From positions 1 through 64,000 of the forward strand of contig JAZQOV010000001.1 of the NCBI GenBank assembly GCA_045628045.1: a stretch of DNA of 64,000 nucleotides. The letters are read 5' to 3'. Position 1 is the stretch's first letter. Every line of letters begins with the position of its first letter. This document shows positions 43,301 to 51,985 of the stretch, piece by piece. Position numbers and translations under genes: made by a program. The DNA comes from Bacilli bacterium (GTDB lineage Bacteria; Bacillota_I; Bacilli_A; RFN20; CAG-826). Below the pieces are notes generated by a model, which was not told the origin of the DNA, searched no databases, and saw only the letters and a list, made by a program, of their open reading frames with translations.

Positions 43301-44645
43301 TTTGAATTTGTGCATAAACAACAACCTCGTCTCCTACAACAATGTCACCTTCATTAAATTTGGTAAACTCTGGGCCGTTCTTTAATCTCCAGCAAATAAA
43401 TCCATCTTCAATCTTAAAGGAGTAGTTACCAAATGAAGCACTAAATGTTTCTTCAAATGATTGAACAATGCCTTTTATAAAGTATGATTCTGTTGTTACG
43501 CCACCAAGTGCTAATTTACTAGAAACTAATACAGCATCAGCGCCAGTAAATGGATCAGCTTCTGTTCCAGCGTGCACTGGATTTACAGAAGCAATTACTG
43601 TGACCTCAAATGTTTTTTCTAAACCTTCATACTTTGCTGTTGCAGTAACTTGTCCAGTTGCGCTTGTATCACAGATTACTTGTTGTGCAGCGACTGTTTT
43701 TGTTTGTTCATCACTAAATTTAACGCTAAGTGAAACTAAGCTTGGATCAATTGTAGCGCCTTGTTCAACTTCAGTTGGCGCTGATAAAACACTAAGAATC
43801 TCTGTTGCGGTGGCTTGTCCTGGTTTTTTAACACTTACGACATAACCATTCTTAGATTCTGGTTTTGGGTCTTCGCCTTCCTTCACGTAACTTTGAATTT
43901 GAACATATATAAGAACTTCGTCACCAATTGCTATATCGCCTTCATTAAAATTGGTAAAACTTGCTCCGTTCTTTAATCTCCAGCAAATAAATCCATCTTC
44001 AATCTTAAAGGAGTAGTTACCAAATGAAGCACTAAATGTTTCTTCAAATGATTGAACAACACCCTTGACATAATAATATTCTGTAGTAGAGCCGCCGGCT
44101 TCTAATGAATTTGCAACCTTAACGGCATCGGCGCCACTATATGGATCATCGTATGTTCCTGCATGCTCGGTGTCAATATGAGTTTCGTCCTTAGTAACTG
44201 TAACTGTAATTACTGCTTGTTTATCCAAATAACTTACAGTTACTGAAGCAGTTCCTTTTGCAACTGCTGTGACGACGCCTGCCTGCACTGATGCAATTTC
44301 TGGGTGATCTGAGACATAGGTAACACCCTCTGTTACAGCAGAACCATCATACTTTGCAACAATGGTATGATTTTCCCCTTCTTTTAATGTGATGGCTGTA
44401 CAATCAAGTGTGAATGTGTGAGTGGTTGTATCGCCACCATCGTCGTCATCATCTTTGTGATCATCATCGTCATCTTTGTGTTGATCATCTGGCTTACTAT
44501 CATCTTTTCCATACGGAAGGATGTTAGCGATAGGATCAACAATTTTGTGCCCAATCTCTTTGATTTTGTCAGCAATGCTGCGCATGTCACAGCCTGTTAA
44601 CAACAATCCGACGAATGGGAGAAAGACTAAAGTTCTTTTTTTCAT
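40371..44645 (-). CDS. large surface lipoprotein (1424 aa) with several bacterial Ig-like domains and two OB-fold-like repeats
   Basis: LLTG-C lipobox; Big_2 units (VTWSSSNSSVATVD); Big_3-like units (PTKSSYYVGESFD, PSKTTYVEGESFN); duplicated HAGT..DP..GADAV domain. Confidence 0.85.
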   Translation of the reverse strand: MKKRTLVFLPFVGLLLTGCDMRSIADKIKEIGHKIVDPIANILPYGKDDSKPDDQHKDDDDDHKDDDDDGGDTTTHTFTLDCTAITLKEGENHTIVAKYDGSAVTEGVTYVSDHPEIASVQAGVVTAVAKGTASVTVSYLDKQAVITVTVTKDETHIDTEHAGTYDDPYSGADAVKVANSLEAGGSTTEYYYVKGVVQSFEETFSASFGNYSFKIEDGFICWRLKNGASFTNFNEGDIAIGDEVLIYVQIQSYVKEGEDPKPESKNGYVVSVKKPGQATATEILSVLSAPTEVEQGATIDPSLVSLSVKFSDEQTKTVAAQQVICDTSATGQVTATAKYEGLEKTFEVTVIASVNPVHAGTEADPFTGADAVLVSSKLALGGVTTESYFIKGIVQSFEETFSASFGNYSFKIEDGFICWRLKNGPEFTKFNEGDIVVGDEVVVYAQIQKYSNGKPETSGGYVVSVSKPAPKTITAVTSVVSQGLPTTVEQNSTIKASDISLNVSYDDGSTGTVKATRVECDTSVIKTGVTATAYYEVEGQVIGSATFTIEVVAKVAHSSISYTFINDKTSAQNVGTWTSEQFMGCVVSDGGAIITGMSSPTNAYIGGNGGSGDTQWNIWNCLKVGKSQAKGSISLTLDPTATFSKIKMDVIGARDDGTLTVNGITKDVTKKAVLGDLEPISIEFEIAENTGSLLLESKDASSNNYGICITKIEFVDGSVSEPVAKLSSLELTTAPTKSSYYVGESFDANGMVITAKYTNGGADKVLQSSDYSIDKTTLALGDEYVVVSYTEDDVTKTVQVPITVTKAPVPVTGITLNQSTLSMHVLDADVQLVATVAPADADDKTVTWTVSEQGIVTVSNGLVHALAAGEVTVTATAGDFSATCVVTVAAAEKVISGIAVATQPSKTTYVEGESFNPSGMTITVSYSSPHEPETISSGFTYSTDPLTTSTNSIVITYNGFTANVSVTVTPAPVLDSISVANAEGKTNAYSVGAVISKDDLVVTAHYTQGKQDAVVTDYTISKTTALAVTDTSVTISYTEGGIEKTATYSFTVTKPTEPQIDVSNVDLYSIDAASLGLDSYADGTNTDLAWTMLCKGNSDTLQGNSSKSSELHNKIAFSKNITYIKFNVGYAAGAAATGSVRFGSSVTPTGNDTSYGANTDLSLITVGSFNVSAPAGCNYFSVVWTKGASYFSSIEVHFNEMGSAEQVPVQSVSLNKTSTSINVGSNETLVATVAPSNANDKSVTWSSSNSSVATVDSTGKVTGIAQGTATITVKTTDGEKTATCSVTVVPKGTTTSSPIDLGGSATVVFNGTSYSNSIKAGTGSAAGSTTISVPSGAKNLTFYAAGWNKESVTISVSGGGISKSFSLTSDAGVAGTGPTYTLGSTNEASFKFEIDVSSLSGATTLTISATSGNRFVLWNASYTK
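43375..44059. repeat. 94-bp exact direct repeat (43375-43468 and 43966-44059) inside the duplicated domain
   Basis: CCGTTCTTTAATCTCCAGC...TCAAATGATTGAACAA is identical in both copies, which are 591 bp apart (in frame). Confidence 0.9.
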
Positions 44646-44679
44646 AGTTTTTCCTCTCTTTCTTATTTATGAAAATATG

Positions 44680-44768
44680 AAAAAACCCGGTCTAAATAGC
44701 TATGCACTTAGTGCACAGTTATTCACGACCCGGGAAAATTCGTAAATCATAAATGCACTTATATTATA
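44680..44768 (-). promoter_or_regulatory. promoter plus candidate transcription attenuator in the lipoprotein leader
   Basis: -10 TATAAT at 44763-44768; long hairpin at 44686-44734 followed by six Ts, upstream of the GAGAGG SD. Confidence 0.65.
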
Positions 44769-44882
44769 ATATAAATTTCTTTTATTGAAAAGTATGATAA
44801 TAGAAATTTTAAAACAATTTAAAAAGTTTAGATTCCATGGGCATTTGTAAAATGACTTCAGTTAATTTATACTAAAAGCGCT

Positions 44883-45761
44883 ATGAAGGGTATTGCTAAA
44901 AACATATTCGAAAATCCAATTCGTTTTGTGGTGAAAAAGATTTCGCCAGTTTTTTACGTTAAATGGCAATACAAACACATCACCCATCACAAGCTTAACC
45001 TTGAAAATCCAGTAAGGTATACTGAAAAACTTCAATACTTAAGATTATTTATTTATCCAAGCGATAAATTAGTGAATAAATGTGCATCAAGAGATGGCGC
45101 GAGAGAATATTTAAAAGAATTAGGCTTACTTGAATACTTGATTCCTGTTTATGGAATTTATGATTCTTTTGATGAAATAAATTTTGATACTTTACCAGAT
45201 AGTTTTGTCATGAAATGCACTCATGCATGTGGTTTTAATAAGATAATAACTAATAAAGCCGAGATGAATAAAAAAGCTCTCAAAAAACAATTCAATAAAT
45301 GGCTTAAAACTAATTATGGGGAGAAGACTATGGAGATGCATTATTCTCCAATCAAGCCTCGAATCATTATTGAAAAATATCTTGGAGAAATAGATTTACT
45401 TCCTATCGAATATAAGATCCACGTGTTCAATGGAAAAGCTCGTTCAATGTATGTTGTAACAGGCCGTGGAAAAGACATTCGTTACAATAATTATTACATT
45501 GACTGGACACCATTTGATGGTTCTCAATTTAATGGTTGGAAGAAAACTGATTACGAATTGAAAAAACCAGAAAATTGGGGAAAAATGGTGGAAATCGCGG
45601 AGATTTTAGGAAAAAAATTCCCGTTTGTTAGAGTTGATTTGTACAACATAAACGGGAAAATCTATTTCTCTGAATTAACGTTCACACCTGCAAAAGGAAC
45701 GCTCATTCTCGACGATGATAAATGCGATTTTGAAATGGGCGAATGGCTTAAAATTAATTAA
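44883..45761 (+). CDS. TupA-like ATP-grasp protein (polysaccharide amidoligase family)
   Basis: LNLENP..YTEKLQY, LPDSFVMKCTH, PRIIIEKYL, YKIHVFNG, FVRVDLY and YFSELTFTP motifs. Confidence 0.88.
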   Translation: MKGIAKNIFENPIRFVVKKISPVFYVKWQYKHITHHKLNLENPVRYTEKLQYLRLFIYPSDKLVNKCASRDGAREYLKELGLLEYLIPVYGIYDSFDEINFDTLPDSFVMKCTHACGFNKIITNKAEMNKKALKKQFNKWLKTNYGEKTMEMHYSPIKPRIIIEKYLGEIDLLPIEYKIHVFNGKARSMYVVTGRGKDIRYNNYYIDWTPFDGSQFNGWKKTDYELKKPENWGKMVEIAEILGKKFPFVRVDLYNINGKIYFSELTFTPAKGTLILDDDKCDFEMGEWLKIN

Positions 45762-46612
45762 CGCCAGGTTGACTCACCAATAAAGATTTCATAGAGCATC
45801 AACGCCATGTGGTGCTCTTTTTCTTTATTATTAAAATCATCTGATAAGTCAGGAAGTTCATCATGTAGTTTCCATTCAAATGACATAGCTTCTGCGCCAT
45901 TAAGTTGAAGCTCAAAATCGTTATCAAAATAAGGCATGAATGAAACAAAGGAAGTGATTCCGTTGTTATCAACTGCCATTGGAATATCTTCTAATCTAAA
46001 TTCAACTTTTGTGTATAAATCTTGTTCAGTAGTTTTTCTATAAAATGACCAAGTGACATCAATACGAATTGAGGTTCTGTTAATTGATGGATTTTCGTCT
46101 TTCTCTTCATTTGTATATGTAGTTCCACCTCTAGCAGAAAACCCTAAATACTGGCAATTTACCAGGTATTTTGGGAATTTCATGGCAAATCCAGTGGAAT
46201 TTACTTGAACTCTTGATAATTGATAAAGGCCATCACACCAGATACGACCATCAAATAATTTTGAGGTCATTCCGTATCTAAATTCTTTATTCGAATCTGA
46301 TTTTGAAAGGTTGTTGTTGTAACCAAATTCTTGAGAATGATCAAAGTCATTTCTCCACACATATTTTTCAGGGTTAAAATCGTATCCATTGTGTTTTAAA
46401 TCAACGACGCCCTTGTCAATTGTGCTCTTTAATGATTCATAACTTCCAAGAACAGTGTTGGTTTTAAGTTCGTCAATGCCATCCCATTTCGTGTAGTAGT
46501 TAGCATCAAAGTTTGGGTTGTTGTATTCATCACGTCTATAAAGTTCTTGAGTTTTTGTACAACCCGCTAAAGTAAGGCCAAGAATAGCAGCAAATAAGAT
46601 TTTATTTTTCAT
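45758..46612 (-). CDS. hypothetical lipoprotein
   Basis: MKNKILFAAILGLTLAG-C after a TAAGGAG SD. Confidence 0.78.
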   Translation of the reverse strand: MKNKILFAAILGLTLAGCTKTQELYRRDEYNNPNFDANYYTKWDGIDELKTNTVLGSYESLKSTIDKGVVDLKHNGYDFNPEKYVWRNDFDHSQEFGYNNNLSKSDSNKEFRYGMTSKLFDGRIWCDGLYQLSRVQVNSTGFAMKFPKYLVNCQYLGFSARGGTTYTNEEKDENPSINRTSIRIDVTWSFYRKTTEQDLYTKVEFRLEDIPMAVDNNGITSFVSFMPYFDNDFELQLNGAEAMSFEWKLHDELPDLSDDFNNKEKEHHMALMLYEIFIGESTWR

Positions 46613-47945
46613 GTTTCTTCTCCTTACTTTCTTCAGCATAAAACATAAAACCAAAGAAGAACAAAATAACGAATACTAGCGGGTTTCTTAAGAAAGTTAA
46701 TGTAAACTCGTCATGAATGTACGGGAAAATTTCATTCGATAATGAGCTATATATAAAGAATGAAAGTAGTAAGGTCAAAACAATAACTTTAATGTTATCA
46801 GAATCGTTTTTCTTTCTCATGTATCTGAAGAGGAAATAAAACATCTCTAAACCAAATGCTAAGAAAATGAACGCTCCAATAACTCCAATTTCTTTTAAGA
46901 GTTCTACTTCAAAGATTCCTGTGTTAATAAATATTGTGCTTTGATTGATTTCATAAGGAATAATTCCTAATAAGTTTTCGCCTTTGTTTCCTAACACAAG
47001 TTCCATAACTGGTGTCACGTTTTTCATGATTCCGTTTGTCACAAAAAGCTTATTTAAAAAGCCAGGAAATTTATAACCGATTGCAACATTAACAAGAGAA
47101 AGGATGAAAAATAAAACAACGATTGAAACTAGAGAAATTACAGAAATCCCCGTAATTTTCCAGGTTTTTTCACTATTTTTGCCGAACTTATAAATCACTG
47201 CACCAATTGATGAAACAAGTAAAATTATAATTGCTTTAATGTTTGGAAGAGCGATTAAGGCAAACAAACCAATTGCACCAATAAGTAATGTTAAAAGAAA
47301 TTCATTTCTATTCTTCTTGTGTGACACAAAAAGAAGGCCTGGCAAGAAAGAAGCAGCGAGCAAAGCATAAAGCGATCCATGGCCAATTGATGTCTCTGTA
47401 AACTTGAATCCATTAAGCCAAAACATTTCTTTTGTGACATCGCTAACTTCACCGTTGTAGAAATAAAATGGAGTGTCCTTAAACTTTAAGGAATAAAAGA
47501 ATCCATAACTTGCTAAGGTTGAAATTAAACAAATTAATGTAAGCAAAGCAAACACACCACCAATTATTAATATAATTGTAGACATCTTAAAATCAGCAAA
47601 TTTTCTTAAGCAAACGCCAATTATAAACGCTGAAGGAAGTGCAAGAAATAAAACTATATTAGAGAAACTTGAAAATATTTTTGAGAATTCATTAAAGGAT
47701 GCAATTCCCGAAATGCACATCAAAATAAATACAGGTGGAATAAGATATAAAAGAGTTTTCTTCTCTTTAGTCATGCCAATTAAGAAAATGACACCACCAA
47801 TAGCAATCAAAACACCAAATAGCATTAAAATTGAGGAAATTGAATTTCCGCTACCGCCAAAATTAAAAGCAAGAAGTGCAACAATTTCTACCATTAAAAA
47901 TGAGATGAGCGATTTGTATTTTGTAAAGAATGAAGTTTTTTTCAT
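46602..47945 (-). CDS. polytopic membrane protein, possibly Wzy/O-antigen-ligase-like
   Basis: About 12 TM segments; a late loop followed by NTGIFEVELLKEIGVIG resembles the Wzy_C-type 'L.E.G..G' motif. Confidence 0.45.
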   Translation of the reverse strand: MKKTSFFTKYKSLISFLMVEIVALLAFNFGGSGNSISSILMLFGVLIAIGGVIFLIGMTKEKKTLLYLIPPVFILMCISGIASFNEFSKIFSSFSNIVLFLALPSAFIIGVCLRKFADFKMSTIILIIGGVFALLTLICLISTLASYGFFYSLKFKDTPFYFYNGEVSDVTKEMFWLNGFKFTETSIGHGSLYALLAASFLPGLLFVSHKKNRNEFLLTLLIGAIGLFALIALPNIKAIIILLVSSIGAVIYKFGKNSEKTWKITGISVISLVSIVVLFFILSLVNVAIGYKFPGFLNKLFVTNGIMKNVTPVMELVLGNKGENLLGIIPYEINQSTIFINTGIFEVELLKEIGVIGAFIFLAFGLEMFYFLFRYMRKKNDSDNIKVIVLTLLLSFFIYSSLSNEIFPYIHDEFTLTFLRNPLVFVILFFFGFMFYAEESKEKKHEK

Positions 47946-47956
47946 AATATTCTCTC

Positions 47957-48433
47957 TTATTTATGATAAGTCTCGTTATTAAGTATTTTAAACGATCTGT
48001 AAATTTGTTCTAGAAGAATCAATCTAGTCATTTGATGCAAAAATGTCATTTTTGACAATGATATTGAGGAATTACATCGTTTTTTAAGGTCATCTGAAAG
48101 ACCATAGCTTCCACCAATAACAAATGAAATTGAGGAGCCTCCTTCGACCATTTTTTGTTCAATGTATTTTGCAAATTCTTCTGAAATAAATTCTTTCTTG
48201 TTCATATCAAGGCCAATAAGATAATCATTTTTAACAAGTTTCAAAACTCGTTCGCCTTCTTCATCTTTTGCCTTCTTGATATCTGCATCATTAGGATTAT
48301 CTTTTACCTTAGAATCCGCGACCTCAATAATTTCAATATTTGAGTACGGAGAAATGCGTTTAATATATTCATTAATTCCGTCTTTTAAATATTGTTCTTT
48401 TATTTTTCCTATCGCGTAAATTTTAATTTTCAT
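47957..48433 (-). CDS. rlmH: 23S rRNA pseudouridine-1915 N3-methyltransferase
   Basis: IGKIKE, FVIGGSYGL, LSKMTF.HQ..RLILLEQIYR and YHK motifs. Confidence 0.96.
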   Translation of the reverse strand: MKIKIYAIGKIKEQYLKDGINEYIKRISPYSNIEIIEVADSKVKDNPNDADIKKAKDEEGERVLKLVKNDYLIGLDMNKKEFISEEFAKYIEQKMVEGGSSISFVIGGSYGLSDDLKKRCNSSISLSKMTFLHQMTRLILLEQIYRSFKILNNETYHK

Positions 48434-48489
48434 ACGATAATTCTTGTCCCAATTTATTGCTATCTCAATTATACCAAACGTACGTGAAT

Positions 48490-48516
48490 AAAAAAAGAGG
48501 CCGCCAAGCGACCTCT
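48490..48516 (-). terminator. intrinsic terminator after hppA
   Basis: Minus strand AGAGGTCGC-TTG-GCGGCCTCT followed by a T-run. Confidence 0.8.
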
Positions 48517-48531
48517 ATTTATAAATCTATA

Positions 48532-50691
48532 TTACTTTACAAGTAATGACCAAACAGAGAAGTTCTGTAAGACTGGTGCAATAATAAGAGCAATAACAGA
48601 CATTAACTTAATAAGAATATCCATTGTTGGTCCTGCTGTATCCTTTAAAGGATCTCCGACTGTATCGCCAGTAATTGCAGCGAAATCTGTTTCAGTACCT
48701 TTTAAACCGTTTGATTCAATGTACTTCTTAGCGTTATCCCAAGCGCCGCCAGAGTTAGCCATAAAAATAGCAAGCATTCCTGATGAAGCAAGACCGCCAA
48801 TTAACATTGCTCCAAGGCCAGCTGTTCCAAGTAAAATTCCTACAACAATAGGTGATAATACTGCGACAACACCTGGAACAATCATCTCTTTAAGAGATGC
48901 TCTTGTTGCAATATCAATACAACGATTATAATCTGGTCTAACTTTACCAGTTAAAATTCCTGGTTCTTCTCTGAATTGTTTACGGATTTCAAGAACCATC
49001 TTATTTGCGGCTTTACCAACTGAGTTGATAACAAGTGATGAGAATAAGAATGGAATCATAACGCCGATGAGAATACCAATAATAAATGGTGTAACATCAA
49101 CATTCATAAAAGTTGCGCTTGCATTTGCGGTAATATTTTCGATTAATCCTGATGCTTGTCCATAGGACAAAATAAGTGCAAGAGCTGTAAATGTGGCAGA
49201 CCCTGTACAGAATCCTTTTCCGACAGCTGCTGTTGTATTTCCGACAGCATCAAGGTGGTCAGTAATTTTACGGACTTCTGGTTTTAGACCAGACATTTGT
49301 GCTAAGCCACCTGCGTTATCTGAAATTGGTCCATAAGCATCAACTGAGATTGTGATACCAGCAGTTGAAAGCATGCCGACTGCAGCAAGTGAAATACCAT
49401 AAATTCCAAATGTAAAGTAAGCAACAATAATACCAATTGCTAAAGCAATAGTGGTTGCTGCTGTTGATTTCATACCAAGGGCCAAACCAGAAATAATATT
49501 TGTTGCGTGTCCTGTTTCAGATTCCTTAGCAATACGTTTAACTGATTTATATTCATCTGATGTATAGATTTCAGCAATCTTGCCAACGGCAACACCACAA
49601 AGTAATCCAATTGCGACTGCTGCGATAGCCCATGGTGACTTATGATGATCAATTTCCATGAATGAGCCATCTTCGTTTCTTAAATAGAAAATTGAAAGGA
49701 AAATAGATGCAACTACAACAATGCCTACGGCAATATAAGTTGCAATATCAAGTGTTTTTTGTGGGTCTTTCCATTCACGTGAACGGATGATAATAACCGA
49801 TATAACTGATGCGATAATTCCGATTGTTGCTATAGCAAGTGGGAAAATTGCTAATTTAAGATCTGTAACATTTTGAATGAAAACTGTTCCTAAAGTGATT
49901 GCGGAAACAATAGCTCCAACATAAGATTCACAAAGGTCTGATGACATACCAGCGATATCTCCAACGTTGTCACCAACGTTATCAGCAATTGTTGCTGGGT
50001 TTCTAGCATCATCTTCTGCTAAATCTGCTTCAATTTTGCCAACAATATCTGCACCAACGTCAGCACACTTGGTATAAATACCACCGCCAACACGGCCAAA
50101 TAAAGCAACCATCGAACAGCCTAAGCCGTAACCTGTAATAATTTTTGAAGCTGCAATAAGTGCTGCAACTGGTTCGAGACCTGTTGATTTAAATATTCCA
50201 TAAGCAGCAAAGAATAACCCGCTTAAACCAACTAAGCCAAATCCAACAACGCAAAGCCCTAAGACAGCGCCGCCAGAGAAGGCCACATGAAGAGCTCTTC
50301 CTAAACCTTTTTCGTTTGCGCCGTCAGCTGTTCTAGAATTTGAGTGGGTTGCAGAAAGCATTCCTACCAAACCTGCTAAAGCAGAAAATGTTGCACCGAT
50401 CAAGAAACAGATAGCACTTTGCCATCCAACGCCTTCGGCGTCTTTAATACCTGGAACAAAGCCAAGTATTGCAAAAATGGCTGCAAAAATGAGAATAAAT
50501 GGAATAATAACTTTGAATTCACGTTTCAAAAACGTGATTGCACCATTACGAATAAAACTTGCATTTTCAGCAATTTCCTTATTTTTAACTTTAATATTTC
50601 TAACTCTACGATAAATTAAAAAGACATAGCCTAAAGTTAAAAGAGGAATTGCAATGGCGCAAATTAACATGATAATATTTGCTCTTTCCAT
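48532..50691 (-). CDS. hppA: membrane-bound ion-translocating pyrophosphatase, K+-dependent type (probably Na+-pumping)
   Basis: GGIYTKCADVGAD, IADNVGDNVGD, DAYGPISDNAGG, GNTTAA (Ala indicates the K+-dependent class) and GDTVGDPLKD motifs. Confidence 0.93.
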   Translation of the reverse strand: MERANIIMLICAIAIPLLTLGYVFLIYRRVRNIKVKNKEIAENASFIRNGAITFLKREFKVIIPFILIFAAIFAILGFVPGIKDAEGVGWQSAICFLIGATFSALAGLVGMLSATHSNSRTADGANEKGLGRALHVAFSGGAVLGLCVVGFGLVGLSGLFFAAYGIFKSTGLEPVAALIAASKIITGYGLGCSMVALFGRVGGGIYTKCADVGADIVGKIEADLAEDDARNPATIADNVGDNVGDIAGMSSDLCESYVGAIVSAITLGTVFIQNVTDLKLAIFPLAIATIGIIASVISVIIIRSREWKDPQKTLDIATYIAVGIVVVASIFLSIFYLRNEDGSFMEIDHHKSPWAIAAVAIGLLCGVAVGKIAEIYTSDEYKSVKRIAKESETGHATNIISGLALGMKSTAATTIALAIGIIVAYFTFGIYGISLAAVGMLSTAGITISVDAYGPISDNAGGLAQMSGLKPEVRKITDHLDAVGNTTAAVGKGFCTGSATFTALALILSYGQASGLIENITANASATFMNVDVTPFIIGILIGVMIPFLFSSLVINSVGKAANKMVLEIRKQFREEPGILTGKVRPDYNRCIDIATRASLKEMIVPGVVAVLSPIVVGILLGTAGLGAMLIGGLASSGMLAIFMANSGGAWDNAKKYIESNGLKGTETDFAAITGDTVGDPLKDTAGPTMDILIKLMSVIALIIAPVLQNFSVWSLLVK

Positions 50692-50725
50692 ATATTACCT
50701 CCCTTAAAAGACTTGATAATAATAC

Positions 50726-50755
50726 AAAAAAGCCCTTACATTCGCAAGGACTTTT
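50726..50755 (-). terminator. intrinsic terminator
   Basis: Minus strand AAAAGTCCTTGC-GAAT-GTAAGGGCTTTTTT. Confidence 0.75.
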
Positions 50756-50770
50756 AATTTAATTAAAGAT

Positions 50771-51916
50771 TTATTCAGCTTCTCCGATGTATGGATTATT
50801 TATATTCATGAACTCAATTGTAACTATATAATCGTCTAAACTTGCAGCTCTATAACCTAGGGTTGTGCCAGGTAAATAATAAATTGGTTCATTATAAAGA
50901 AATCCATAAATTTCATAGCCGTTATCTATAAGATATTGGTTATATTCATTTGCAAGTTCACTAGTGTCTTTTTGGGAAACATGAACTATAACAATTGCAG
51001 GTTCCCAATCATACTCAACCTCAAATCCAGAATTTGCACCTTGATAAGGCAAAATTGCTCCGGTCGCTTCAAGTTCGTTAAGAACTTCGTTAATTTGATC
51101 AACAGGCCAATCTTTGACAGGAATAATGTAAGAAAATATATCTACATTAAACTCATCTCTATCAGCATCAAGGTAAAAATCTATTCTTATTTCTTGATTT
51201 GGAGAAATAGCGCCAAAGGTGTCTCCGTTCTTCTCAAAAACAACCCAAGAATTCTCTTCTAGAACAGTTCTATAATCATTAACGACGGTTGAGTCGGGGC
51301 CATATCCATTGATTGCAACTGCACCAACCCAATCATAATAAGAGACTTGATAAAAATCAGCTTCAAACTCTGGAATTTTTGTTGTTGAATTTTCAATTAA
51401 ATTTGAAACGGCTTCTTCAATCAAATTTGTTGGCCAATCCACAAGTGCACCAAAGGTGATATAAATAACAAGCTCTCTATTTTCTGGTTCGTAAACGTAT
51501 TCAACCATCATAGAATAATCAGGGGAAAACGCAACACAAAAATCCCCCATTTTTTCTTTCAAAATCCAGTGATTTTCTTCAAGTATTTCGGAATAAAGCA
51601 TTTCGCATTCTTCAAATTCTGTTTGAATATAAATTCCAAAATAACCTTCGAGAAGTGCGGTGCTATCATCATATTCGATTCCAATGCATTTGTCATAGGC
51701 CGGAACAGAATATGTTGTGTCAATTCCAAGCCCTTCTTTGACTAAATCATCAACTTTCTTATTGTCCCACTTTTCATATAGTGGAGGTTCTGGTTGATCA
51801 TTACTATTTTGGTGTTCACTATAAGTGTCTGTATTTTTACCAGTAATTCCGCCTAAAAAATCACACCCTGTAAGAAATGGGATTAAAAATAAACTTAAAA
51901 ATTTAAACTTTTTCAT
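50771..51916 (-). CDS. acidic lipoprotein with three ~110-aa repeats
   Basis: LTG-C lipobox; repeats start at WDNKKV, WPTNLI and WPVDQI. Confidence 0.78.
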   Translation of the reverse strand: MKKFKFLSLFLIPFLTGCDFLGGITGKNTDTYSEHQNSNDQPEPPLYEKWDNKKVDDLVKEGLGIDTTYSVPAYDKCIGIEYDDSTALLEGYFGIYIQTEFEECEMLYSEILEENHWILKEKMGDFCVAFSPDYSMMVEYVYEPENRELVIYITFGALVDWPTNLIEEAVSNLIENSTTKIPEFEADFYQVSYYDWVGAVAINGYGPDSTVVNDYRTVLEENSWVVFEKNGDTFGAISPNQEIRIDFYLDADRDEFNVDIFSYIIPVKDWPVDQINEVLNELEATGAILPYQGANSGFEVEYDWEPAIVIVHVSQKDTSELANEYNQYLIDNGYEIYGFLYNEPIYYLPGTTLGYRAASLDDYIVTIEFMNINNPYIGEAE

Positions 51917-51951
51917 GCCTTCATTTTAAAACAAAATATACGAAAATAAAA

Positions 51952-51973
51952 TAAAAAATCCTCAAATGAGGAT
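51952..51973 (-). terminator. tmRNA terminator
   Basis: ATCCTCA-TT-TGAGGAT followed by a T-run just after the CCA end. Confidence 0.7.
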
Positions 51974-51985
51974 AATTTATCCATT

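Noticed and set aside
43375-44059. DGR template/variable repeat or CRISPR interpretation of the 94-bp repeat
   Set aside because: The copies are identical with no adenine-specific mismatches, both are in frame in one gene, there are only two, and no reverse transcriptase or cas gene is present.
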